Notes under the pieces: generated by a model
Seen by the model: the letters and a program-made list of their open reading frames with translations, nothing else
Told to the model about the DNA's origin: nothing
The model's database searches: none
Origin: Dicyema japonicum
Lineage: Eukaryota > Animalia > Dicyemida
NCBI GenBank assembly: GCA_011109175.1
Contig: RDEW01000015.1
Coordinates: 1,018,868-1,082,867, forward strand
Direction: 5' to 3'
DNA length: 64,000 bases
Shown: piece after piece, positions 11,925 to 23,840 of the stretch
How the letters are laid out: each line of letters opens with the position of its first letter
How positions within the stretch are numbered: the stretch's first letter is position 1
Program-made: the position numbers and the translations under genes

Positions 11925-14790
11925 TTAGCGTGCGTCATGTGGTTCGCCTAGTCTTGTGGAGTCAGGTACAAACCAAAAGTGTATCCAAAAAGAACCATTT
12001 GTCAACGACCACCCAGAGGAGTTCCCCCTGGACGGCACTTCCTACACATCCGTGCACTTTTCTTAAGGAAAATCGTCATTTCAGGAAATGTTGAAATGAA
12101 TCTGGAACCAAAGGCATTAAAGATACTTAGACTGAACATTAACGGATTTAGAGGCAAGGCATCCTAAGTGAGAATATATTTGGAGAGGAATAAAAGTGAT
12201 ATCTGCCTTCTTCCAAAAACCAAGCTTTCTGGGAATTCCACTATTCCTAAATTTACCGGTTTCTATGAATCGAGAGTCGATCGACAATCGGTCCGAGGTA
12301 GAGGACTATTGACCCTCGTCAGGAGAGGCATTGTGTTTGATAAACACTCCTCAATTTTCAGGAATCTGATAGAAGACGCAAACACAGAAGTCATTGGGAT
12401 TTCTGTACAGACCTCTCTCGGAGCTATTATTATCGCCAACGTCTATGTTCCCCATCCAGGTTCCTGTACAAAAGGATTTTCTATGGATTTGTCTGCCCTA
12501 GATATGATAGAAAACTTGTTGGTGTCCGGAGATTTTAATACCAAGTACCCTTCGTGGTATGAGAAATAACCTCCAGACACGAGGGGGTTTTACATTATTT
12601 CCAAATTACAAAATCTGTCCATCATGAACGACTCAACCAGGAATACACGAATTCCGTATACTAACAAGGATTCAGTTACATCACCGGATATTATGTTATG
12701 TTCACCACGACTTGCTCCGATTATATGCTGGTCTGTAAACTATGACTTACGAAGCGACCATAATCCCATTCTGATCAAAATCAATTATAAGCCAATGCCG
12801 CGGTCAAAACACATCATTTTTTATGACTATTTAATGCTGACTGGACAGGATTCAGAACGTGGATTCGGCCCATTGAATTTCCATCCGATTAATTTCAACT
12901 CAATTGATAGAGCCGTCTATCACTTTAATAAAGTGATTCTGGAAGGGAGAAAACTTTTTGTCAGAAAAGGATTCCTAAAACTCTCCAATAAGAAATATGA
13001 TGCAAGCACAATCCAACTGATAAAAGAAAGGAATTGTCTCAAACGTAAAAAGCACCTAACAAAACATAATACTAACAGAATCCGTGCACTGAACATAAAG
13101 ATCAACGAAAATACGAAAATTCTTTAAAAACAAAACTGGGCCGAATTTCTAGTGCTATGAAAAAAATAGTTCACTTACCAAGATGTGGAGGATGCTGCGA
13201 AATGTCAAAGATGCTGAAAACAAAATCTAGGGAGACCGTGAAAAAGAGTGGACCTGAATAAATTTATCAATTGTGAGAATAAATCACAAACCATTAAAAA
13301 GGATACATTCCCCCACAAAAAACCGAAACCGAAAAAGGCATACTACAATGTATTTTCTACCGGGAGATATCGCTTTGGAGATCCATCGAACAAAGAACAC
13401 ACATTCCTGTAGACCGGACGGGATCCCGGTTATTCTGTTGAAAAAAATGGGCACAGTGAGCGTATCAGAACTAACATACATCTTCAACAACTCAATCAAC
13501 TTCAACTGTTTTCCCGCTATATGGAAACTTTCGAATATTCATCCAATACTGAAGCCTGGGAATCCAAGGGAGGACCCTGCTTTTTACAGGCCTTTGTCGC
13601 TCTTGTGCGTCCAGACAAGAATCCTAGAAAGGATGATTATGACACTCACACGACATTCCCTCTCAGATGCCAGTTTCAGCATGGTTTTAAAGAGGGACGA
13701 TCAACTATCACACCTAAATACATTAATGAAGTTCATAACAGATGGCCTTAACAAAAGACCAGGACAGAAAAAGACGATTGTATGCTCAATTGATATCCAG
13801 AAGGCTTTTGACTCGGCTTCGAGGAAAATTATCACGCACATAATATATTCGTCAAACATTGACGCAAACCTGAAATTATGGTTGGAAAGTTTCTTGAGTG
13901 GTCGACGAGGACGAGTACACTATGGCAATCGATGCTCCGTATCGAGACTATTAGCAAATGGCGTTCTTTAAAGCTCCCCATTATTTCCCCTATTGTTCAA
14001 CGTTATGATGGATGACTTGCCACTCCCTCAGAGGACGATGACACATTATTGACGTATGCTGATTATATAGTCATTGCTTCGAGAGATGTGAGTATGTGGG
14101 ATCAACGAGAAAAATACAAGACAATATGAATAAAATAAGTTTATGGCTTTGGGAAAATCAATTGACTGCTAGCCCGGAGAAGTCGGTGTCGACCCTATTC
14201 ACGACAAACAGAAGACTAGGGAAAGTATCAATTGACGTCACACTGGATGGGAAGATTATCCCGCAAACAAATACCAGAAAATCCTGGAGTCACCTTGACA
14301 CCTTCGTAACCTTTACAAAACATGTCGAAAATATGTTATTGACTTGTACGAGGAAAATCAACTTCCTGAAAGCGTTCTTGGGAAACCTAAGAGACATAAA
14401 AGATCTGAGTGGTCTGGATGTCATATACAAACAGTTCATCGAGGCTACAATAGGATACGCATGTAATATCTGGGGATCTAACCTTTCTGCAACGAATTTG
14501 GACAAGATATGGAACATTCAAGTGAAGGCAGCAAACCTACTAAGGAAATATTCCCGAGTGGAAATCATGCCTAGAAATCTAGAAAATATGATAGAGGCGA
14601 CTGGAACAGTGCCTCTACGAAGGACTCGGGTATGCGGACCCCGTCAATTTCGGAAATGCGTAAGAACGCAGTCGGAACACCGAGAAAAGATGTGGAGACT
14701 GCTAAGGGAGGCTGGGATCACCTGAATTGTTTATTTTGATATGACGGTGGTTTTTTGGTTCAATAAAATTAAAAAAATAAATAAAATATT
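11925..14790 (+). mobile_element. Near full-length jockey/I-like LINE (APE + RT, single-ORF layout), frameshifted
   Basis: LNINGFRG, IANVYVP, SGDFNT, SPDI, SDHNPI (APE). PDGIP, PILKPG..YRPLSLL, SIDIQKAFDS, TYADY (RT). Ends LLREAGIT* followed by an A-rich tail. Confidence 0.92.
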
Positions 14791-14859
14791 GTTAAATGTT
14801 AAATAAAACGTGTTTTGATAAAAAACTCCACATTTAAATATAAATTCCATCATTTAAAC

Positions 14860-14895
14860 CAGTGGTTCTCAACCTTTTTTTTAATCGCCCCTTAT
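14860..14895 (+). mobile_element. Orphan hAT terminal inverted repeat
   Basis: CAGTGGTTCTCAACC preceded by atttaaac (nnnTAnnn); resembles the TIRs at 28825 and 30586. Confidence 0.6.
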
Positions 14896-14965
14896 TTCAA
14901 AGTCAAAAAGTTATAATAAAATAATTTTGATCAAAAATCTTTAAGATCACCATAATATGAATATA

Positions 14966-17861
14966 CAGTAGGACCCCGCCCCAATAGAAAAGTGCCCCAA
15001 ATATAGAGAGTATACTAAATTATTACATTTTTAACTTCTCTATTCGTATTTTTAAATAATTATTTTTACAATACAATGTTTTGCTTCATATTGCAAAAAG
15101 GAATCAATTTATTTATGAAAAATAATCAGTTATTTTGTTCCCAATGGAATATTTGTTTTTTAGCATTTTTGAAATTTTAATCCTAAATTCATAGTATTCT
15201 TTAAGCCCTTCAACAAATGTTAAATAATGAAGATTCAAGATTATTCATAATTTTTATTGTATCTTTTAAATATAGCCCATCCATCTCATTATTTCCATTA
15301 TACAAAGCCTCATTGTCTTCTATTCCATTTATTTCAAGTTCTGTTAAATCTGAAATATGTTCATCAATTAATTCGGATTCTTTTTTTGAATTTGTTTCAT
15401 GGACAAATGTTCTTTGCTCATTTATCTTTTTCCAACAATTCAATATTGTAGTTTTTGTTACACGAGTCCATGCTTCTCCCACAAATGCGACTACTTGTCT
15501 CATATTGATCTTCAACAGGGCATCATAGTATTCATTAGCATCGTCAAGACATATCATTTCATAAAGAACATTCTTATAACATGATTTGAATGAGTTTATG
15601 ATCCCCATATCTAAAGGTTGAAGAAGTGCTGTTGTGTTTTTAGGAAGTTTAAGAAGTGATAAGTTTGAATATTCCTGACATTTGTGACAACGTGCATTAT
15701 CCATAATAATCAAAATTTTCCTGTTTTTTTGAACCATTTCGAAGTTTATTTTTTGTATGTATCAAAAATATCCATCGTCATCCATGCATTTTTTGAAGCT
15801 GTATTATTATTATTATAAGCAACTACATAGAATCATATAAACTATAATTCTATTCGTGCCGCGTCTGAACAATCCTCTTAATTAGCCTTTCCCATCTCCT
15901 CCTGTCCGATGCCAAGTGCCGCAGACTACTAAGGTCTTCACCGTCCTTTAGTTGTCTGGTTACTGATCTCAGGTCACCATTAAGGACTTCCGGAAGAGTT
16001 ATTCTTGGACGACCTCTGAACTTCTCCCCTGACGTATCGAAGTATTCTTCCATGACGACGTTTGCTGGCGTGTCTTGTTCCAATCTGAGAATATGGCCAA
16101 ACAATCTCCAGCGAGCCTTCATGATCATGGTGCTCAGAGGTCCGGAACCGCATCTTCTATATAAATTTTCACTCCCTACACGCATTGGCCACTTTAGTCC
16201 CAAGAGAGACCGAAGTTGCCTTCTGTGAAAGGAGTCAAGGTTTTGTTCGTCCGTTTTCGAAATTCCCCACGTCCCAGAGTTGTATGTTAGTATGGGCCTC
16301 ACGAACGCCAACCTGAGTCGGAGTGATGGCCCGACCGAGCATTTTCTTATCCAACATTTCATAAGTTTTTGCATAGTAACCGTAGATAACAATTTTCTTC
16401 TTGCAATGTCTTCGGAGTCTCCGAGAAGAGAGCCAAGCTTTACGGTCTTCCTCCAACCTTCACTATTGCGTAGTTCCATCCGCTTAATTTCAACAATATC
16501 CGTTTTCTGAACATTCAGTGATAGACACCATTTGGCCAAACAGCCTGATGCAACCTCCAAGAGACGTAAGAGTGCTTCTTTGTCAGTCGAGATAAAGTCA
16601 ACATCATCGGCATACACGATCTCCATAATATCATTGTTGTAATACTTCCGGAGGTCTTGCAGAGCCGATTCAAGGTATATAGCAAACAATACTGGGGAAA
16701 GGGAATCTCCTTGGGGTGTGCCCACTGTTGAAATAATTTCCCGTGACAAACATTTTCCAATACGCACTCGTAACCTCGTGTTTGATAAGAGTATCCGTAT
16801 CAGAATAACCGAGTCTTTATCCAGGAAACTTTCAAGCACTTCAATGAGTTTTCCCCGACGGACAGTGTCGAAAGCTCTGGTCAGATCAATTCCAAGGATA
16901 GTCTTTGAGCTCCGAAGCTGTATATAGAACCTAAAATTAACCCAACACAATATACCCCATAATCTTCTGTATTTATGTTTTTAAGCATCTTGGGGATTTG
17001 AATTTCCCGATAACAAGGGTTTTAATTTCTCGCCTTCACGGCTGCAGCATAAAAGAACTGAAACTCGGTCTTTACTTTTCGTTTTACCAAAACAATCATC
17101 ATTTGAAAGAGACAAATGATCTACATGAATTTTTTTTAATAAAAAGAGAAGTTTCGTCGCAGTTAAAAATATCTTTTTTATCGTATTCCTCAAATAAACT
17201 GTCGTAATTGTTAAAAAACTCTTTAAGTTTTTTTTGTCGGATGAGTTTTTTTCACCCGAAATTACTTTGAATAGTAATTCATGTCGCTTTTTAAATCGAT
17301 CAAGCCATCCATTTGATGCCTTGAAATCATTAAACTCAAATTTGGCAGCAATCTTTTTTGCAATATTTTTGAGGAGACATCCAGATACTGAAATCCCATC
17401 CTTTCTCAAATTGTTGAAGACTTCGAATACTAGTCGATCAATTTGAATAGAAAGGTCGGATTCAAACTTCTTGCATGATACTTCCTCAAAAAAATACTTC
17501 TTTGTTTAACGAAATATTTTCCTTTCCAATTTCTTTTTAATTCAAGAAACAGTTCCTTTTCCAATCTTGTATAATCGACAAATTTTTTTTTCTGACATAT
17601 TTTTATTTATTAAAGAAAATCTGTTGTTTCAAATTACGACTAAGCTTCGCAGGCATGCTGACAATTATTTGAAAATTAATAAAGATAAAAATTAAATAAT
17701 AGATTTTTAAATTTTCTAGAGAAAGTGCCCCAAAAAGCGGGGTTTTCATTTTGAATTTATGAACGAAAAATGTGAAAAAATGTAAAAGATCATTTATAAT
17801 TATATTTATTTAAAAAATCGCCCCAAAATACAGAGGGTGCCCCGGGGGCGGGGTCCTACTG
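14966..17861 (-). mobile_element. Complete pogo/Tigger DNA transposon with nested LINE
   Basis: Perfect 17-bp TIRs CAGTAGGACCCCGCCCC (14966-14982 and 17845-17861) with TA duplication. Transposase motifs FKASNGWLDRFKKRH, NAWMT, IMDNARCH, LQPLDMGIINSFK. Confidence 0.96.
15805..16913 (-). mobile_element. 5'-truncated RTE-like LINE inserted in the Tigger transposase
   Basis: Open RT ORF (GTPQGDSLSP, YADD, RWRLFGHILR), (TAA)n tail, 10-bp TSD gaagctgtat at 15795-15804 and 16914-16923. Removing it restores YTASKNAWMT. Confidence 0.96.
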
Positions 17862-19288
17862 TATGTTCATACAGTGCCATCCGCTTTGAGTGTTTATATG
17901 AACTTGCTCACAAAACCATCCAAATTAGCACCGGGAGTAATATACACAACTCTATAGTGATGTATTAATGCTAATTCACTGGTAGATCGTGTTTATGTAG
18001 TTTCTCTACTTCGAATAGGTTTAGGGAAGTTGTAAAGTTAGCATTATTTTTATTTTATCAAACACTAAATCATCTGAAATATTATTGTGCACCTCTGTTT
18101 TTTACATCACCAGTATAAATGATATCTTTAGAATTCATCAGTTAAGTGTTTTAATGAATTCCCCCATAAATACAATAAAATAATGAATTTGCTCAAGGTA
18201 GGAAGCAAGTCATCTAGAAACGGAAGTGTGAGACATAAAAAATAAAAACAAGTCGGAAATTTTTTAAAGCAACTTCATTGCTTGTAGTGTAGTAGATGTT
18301 AAAAAAGTCTATTCTGAAAATGTACATTCAATTTTTGTATTTATGGTGAAAGGTCAGGAACAATCTACGCAACCAAGCCACGTCTATAATTGACCTCAGA
18401 GTCCGGAAATTCTGATTTGGTGATAGATATTGCGCAATCTTATGCCTGACTTTGTTGGAATTCAATCAATCTTCCTCGATACAATTACATATTTTTGTTT
18501 TATTCTATTGTAACACTGGAAATTTTTCAATAAAAAGTGAAACATCGAATCAACTTGTAGTGCGGCTTCAAGTTAAATAGAATTTCAAATAATCTACAAA
18601 AAGCAATATATAAAATTACAAACGTATCAATCGTCATAATCACTTATAAAATTAAATGAGCATCATTGACGATTTGCTATCTTATTTGAAACGCTTCTAT
18701 CGACTTGCTAAGAATTGATTTGTAAGATTGAATTCGTCATGATTAAAATTGCACATAACTATTTCTAGCATTTCAAACATTTGAAAGCTTCAGGAAGGTA
18801 ATAACTGCAACCGGAAATAAAATTTAATTTCTATTTTTGCTACTTCTCTATGCATTTGATTTTCTTTAACCGATTCAATCAATAAACCCTAAAATCAATA
18901 AAAGCATCAAAATGCATCATAGCAACGCTACAATAACCAACAGCAAAAAAAGCCGAAGGAAATCATTTATTTAAATTAAAGTTAAAACCAAACCGAAACC
19001 TAAAAATAACAATAAATATTAATTTGATAAAATAGTAATCAGCGCACGCAGGACAAACCAGTAATAATAATACATTCGTGTTCAATATTATTTGCTAAGT
19101 GAAAAATATTCTACTGAAAACTATTGTAAACTGATATATCCATAATTATACAAACATTCTCGTTCAAATTTGCTAAGGAAAATATCCAATTATTCTAATT
19201 ATTGCTAATTCATATTGCTAAGCATTTTTTTGCTAGATATATTAAATCTGGCTGCTTTAATCGAAATGCATACCAATGAAATTATATC

Positions 19289-20056
19289 TCAGTAGCGATT
19301 CCCTAAGAATAAATAAAATAGCTACTTGAGCTGTTGTAGCGCCTTCTTGGGCTTCTAGAGCGACTTCTAGACGGAGAATAGTGCCTCCTCCTTGAGGAGG
19401 AATAATCTCTTCTCTTTCTATAAGGGGATCGTGAACGAGATCTGGAGTAGGACCTCCCCCGTGAACGGTTTCTTCCTCCATCTCGAGGACTAATGTTAAT
19501 CGTATTGATGACTACATTGTTGGCTTCCCCATATAAATTCCAGGTGTAGGTGTATGTGGGCGTTCAGTAATTGAATAATCCACACGAATACGTCTACCAT
19601 CCAATTCTAGTCCACATGTCTCATCCTTTGCGGCTGTTGCTGACTCAAGTTCAGTGTAGTAGACAAATCCAAATCCACGTGAAACTCCACTCTTAAAATG
19701 TCATATAGATATTAAACCCTTCGGTCAAATACAATATTTATGTTGTCAATTTCACCAAATTTTTTAAAAACGTTTCTGAGGTCTCTCTCAGTTGTACTCA
19801 AGCTTAGTCCAAAAACTCCGAGACATTTATTAGGCCTTGGTACATCACCATTGGATACTCTACGTTTCCTAAGAATTATGTTAGTTCAATATACACCTTG
19901 AATCACTTGGTGATGGTGAACGCGAATACCTCTTTCTGGCATCACGCGAACCTCTGCTAGATGCGCTTCTTGAACGGGAATAAGAATTATTTCTTCTATC
20001 AGGAGAACGAGAACGAGATCGTGACTAATAAAAATAGAAAACATGACAACAACCAT
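19289..20056 (-). CDS. TRA2: Transformer-2 homolog (RS-RRM-RS splicing factor), 5 introns of 23-29 nt
   Basis: Spliced product [12 protein letters not shown]...[19 protein letters not shown]...SRGFGFVYY...[29 protein letters not shown]...RSRSPRRRY...RNRY*. The linker after the RRM is diagnostic for TRA2. Confidence 0.96.
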
Positions 20057-20222
20057 GCAACCTGCTTATCCTAAATTGATTTTTAATTGATTGAAGTCCA
20101 TAGGCTTGCCTTATTAAAATATTTTTATTTAAATAAATAAATTTTAATTCAATCAAAATATCTCTTATACTTATTAATCTATTTTTCAACAATTATAATT
20201 TATTTTTGGTATATCTCTGACT

Positions 20223-21314
20223 TGCAACACATCAAAGATATTGCAATGCCATCCACATTCAGGAATAGATCTATCAAAAGCCTTTGACTCGGTTAACAGG
20301 AAAAATTGATGACAGTGCTGGAAAGGTTTATGACGAATCGAGTCTAAGAATGATTCAAATCCTTCTATCTAACACAGAACTCCTTGTGAGAGTTGGAAAA
20401 ACCTACTCAAGAAAATTTAAAACAAACACAGGTACTCCTCAAGGAGACTCCCTCTCTCCCCTACTATTCACAATATACTTGGAGGCCGCTATGAGGGAAC
20501 TGAGACCATTATATCAAGGAAAAATAGAAAAAGTGCTCTGACGACCTAATTTCTGAAGACAAAGAACTCCTGGAGCATGTACTAGAAAAAGCACCAGATA
20601 TACTTGAGAAATGGTTTCTCACCGTGGACAGGGAAAAAACAGAACGGACAGAGATAAGAAGAATGAACAACTCACTCGAAAAAAATGGGACACATAAAGA
20701 AACTTGGTCACTACTAGGAGATAGAAGACATCATACGGAGAAAAACATTGGCAAATGCGGCATTACAAAGGCTGAAAAATCTTTGGCTAAAACGGAAAGG
20801 ATATAACATAAAACAAAGGATTATGTTATACGACACTTTCATCAAAACCAATTCTACTATACAACTCTGGACCTGGCCACCTCTAAAGAGGAATTGAGAG
20901 GCTAGACTCATTTCACAGGAATCATCTAGAAACATAACTGGAATGTCCTGGCCATCCAAGATCTCGCGAATGGACTGTACAATAAGTGTGACTGTATACC
21001 ATTAAGCCACGAGATCATTAGCTCTCGTTGGAGACTTTTTGGACACGTCCTGAGGTTGGACCCGATATCCTCTCCGAACATCGCAATGGAAGATTACTAC
21101 TCCTCCAATGTAAAACGCTTCGTGGAAGACCGAGAACTTACCCTCGTTCTACAAGCCGTGAAGAAACATTGGCATCTGGTGACGATCTGGACTCACTGAT
21201 GGACCTAGCAAAGAACAGAAGAGCTTGGAGCAACCTAACTAATTCTTTTATACTTTTTTGCTGCACATACGGGCTATAAATATTATGGCTCTCGTGAAAG
21301 TGCTAATAATAATA
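20223..21314 (+). mobile_element. 5'-truncated RTE-like LINE
   Basis: GIDLSKAFDSV, GTPQGDSLSP, RWRLFGHVLR, (TAA)n tail, 10-bp TSD atctctgact at 20213-20222 and 21315-21324. Confidence 0.93.
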
Positions 21315-21355
21315 ATCTCTGACTGTCTACTCTACGAGTGTGCCATAACCGATTG

Positions 21356-21495
21356 GCCTTCTGGCTGAACATAACGTCTGATGACATATGATCTGAAGGT
21401 AGTTTGGTCGAATCCGGAAAGATGGAGTTTTCAGCGAAGGTCTTTTAAACAGATCCCACCCGTGCGGTGACGAGTCATTCTTGCACGACACAGAA
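21356..21495 (+). repeat. tRNA-derived SINE family B, copy 1
   Basis: Aligns over about 140 nt with the reverse complement of 23555-23697; degenerate B box ggtcgaatcc. Confidence 0.75.
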
Positions 21496-21619
21496 TACGA
21501 TCAAATCCCTAACACCCACTACACAAAACTTGACTGTTCATCTTATCACTCTGATTAATTATTAGCTTCAGTCTTGCACAAAGATTTATCCAATCATTTT
21601 ATTTACTTGAAGATTCAAC

Positions 21620-22560
21620 CAGAAACCTTCACAGACCGGATCTTATCTCCCGACGGATATCCATCGGAAAATATCTGGACGTGGAATTCTGTAAGAGAGG
21701 TTCGGATTCTATCCCTATTATGGAACTCGGGCATCTGGGTCCTCTGGCGTTGGAGATGCTAGCTCTAATATTTAATCTGTCGATAAATACGAATTGTATC
21801 CCGGAAATTTGAAAAGGATCACACATAATACCAGTTAGGAAGGTTGGCAAACCCGCAGAGGAACCATCATCTTACAGACCAATATCAATTCTACGCGCGG
21901 TTTCAAAAATTATTTAAAAGAAGGTCCTCGATTGTATTCGAGATGAGATCCCAATGTCTGCCTTTCAACATGGGTTCCGAGGTAATTATTCAACTTCCAC
22001 ACACTTGACGATCCTCTCCAATTTATTTTAGGATTCAACGACCGAAACCACATTTAAAGATTGTTCTTTCTCTTGATATTACTAAAGCATTTTATTTAGT
22101 CTCAAGAAAGCCTCTAACGAGAAAGATATTTGAGATGAATATCCACCTAACCTGAAAAGATGGCTCTCTAACTTTCTGAGCGGAAAGAGTAGCAGGTAAT
22201 TTGCAACAACGTGAAATCATAGAAATGCTTTCTCTCAAATGGGGAGCCCCAAGGATCCCTACTATAACCATCGCTGTTCAATTTGTATATACATGACATG
22301 CCACAGCCTACAGATGAAAACACTCTCCTCCTTTTATAAACGGACGACATAATTATTGCTCCAAGGGACAGGGACTATGAATGGTTCAGAGAATGCTCAA
22401 TTCCTCAACCAATGGTTGGAAGGACTAGTCCTTGGAATGTCAATTCAAAATCATTTCTGACCCACTTTATATATTGCAGACAACATTATAGAATGAGGCC
22501 TAAGACCACAATCAATGATGCGCCCTTTTACGGCAACACCAACTGTCACTTAGTAAGTTG
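21620..22560 (+). mobile_element. jockey/I-like RT fragment
   Basis: YRPISIL, FQHGFRG, SLDITKAF, GEPQGS, LFNLYIHDMP. Confidence 0.8.
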
Positions 22561-22739
22561 GGAACTTTTTCTCTTTGTTCGCTTCTCAGGAATCGATGAT
22601 TGTTACTAGTTGGCAGCAACTTAAATCAATTTATTATCGCAACATTCATTCCTGAAAAGCGAAAAAAAATTTGTATTTAATTAAATTGGACAAAATCGAT
22701 AATAGCAAATAGGTTTTACCTAGACTTATTCAGATCTAT

Positions 22740-23130
22740 GTTAAGTCGCGTCCGATTCTTAAGATCTCATGAACGAGTTTCCTCCACTCTTCCCGATCCG
22801 TTGCATTTTGGAGTAGCCTTGATATAAGCATTTCCGTGACGTCTTCCACCGTGGATAGCCACCGAGTCCTTGGTCAACCAGGTCTTCTCTTCCCAGTAAT
22901 ATTGCTCAGCATAATGGTTCTTCCTAGGGAGTCAGAGCTGACAACATGCCCAAAGAACGCCAATCTGTGTTTTACGATTCTTCCTTCTAGCGATATGTCC
23001 GTCTCCACCCGTTTGAGTAAATCGATGTTTGTTATTTTTGAAGTCCAAGGGATTCTTAGTAACCTCCTCCAGCACCACAGTTCAAAAGCATCAATTTTAT
23101 TTGCCTTATTCAGACTAATTCATATAAATT
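22740..23130 (-). mobile_element. RTE/BovB-type LINE 3' fragment
   Basis: IDAFELWCWRRLLRIPWT...RLAFFGHV...PRTRWL...DREEWRKLVH. Confidence 0.85.
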
Positions 23131-23329
23131 CAATGAAATTTCTCAATTTGAAAGTTAATTAAATAATAAGCAGGAAGTATTAATCATTTCTCAAGAGGCT
23201 GGGACGTCTGACCAGATGGCTTCTACATTTGATCTCTATCACTATCGTAAGAGTAACATCGCGCTATTATTAACCTCAGGCTTACCATTGTAAGCACAAA
23301 CAGTCATAACTAATTAATCCAAGGAAAAA

Positions 23330-23697
23330 ACCAAAGGGAGAACATCTGCTTGTGTCGACCAAATCCATCTTCCAATACTTCATTACAGTCTTCCGCTTCC
23401 GAAGAGAGGTGGGGAAGTAGGTCCGCCCTCTTCCATTTCGTCGCACGTCCCACCGTCGCGGACATCATTTCATTTTTCAGCGAAATAGTTTTTCATAATG
23501 TAATCTTCATCAGAGGATTTGGTCAGGGAGAGGTAGGAATATCTCTTTCAACTACTTTGTCGTGCCAGAAGGACTCGTCGCCTCACGGGTGGGATCTGTT
23601 TGACAAGAATTGACCTTCGCTGAAAACTCCATCTATCAGATTCGAACCCACGACCTTCAGATCCGATGTCATCAGACGTTACAATCAGCCGAAAGGC
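23330..23697 (-). repeat. tRNA-derived SINE family B, copy 2
   Basis: Head cgtctgatgacatcggatctgaaggtcgtgGGTTCGAATC with a perfect B box at 23639-23648, resembling tRNA-Arg. The 3' boundary is approximate. Confidence 0.7.
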
Positions 23698-23840
23698 ATA
23701 AATATTAAAACCGTGACAATGGAAATAATTTGGAAATCTTAAAATTACAAAAAAATTAATATATATTTAAAAATAAAATATTTAAGTAATATATTGAATA
23801 ATAAATAATCAAATCATATTTAAAAATATTCTTGTTGCCC

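Noticed and set aside
17870-19250. Possible decayed MULE/Helitron coding region (also 5600-6000 and 50300-51750)
   Set aside because: No diagnostic motif was recoverable by eye, so it is left unannotated.
19257-19481. ORF-track proteins such as 19257-19481, 54643-54993, 24179-24412 and 43781-43975
   Set aside because: They are off-frame or intron read-through shadows of spliced genes, or chance ORFs in a SINE.
23485-23520. Minus-strand CTGATGA...GAAA hammerhead candidate
   Set aside because: Stem II cannot pair and there is no stem III or cleavage triplet.
23630-23697. Functional tRNA gene
   Set aside because: The B box is good, but the acceptor and D arms do not fold and homology to the second copy extends well past tRNA length, so it is a SINE head.
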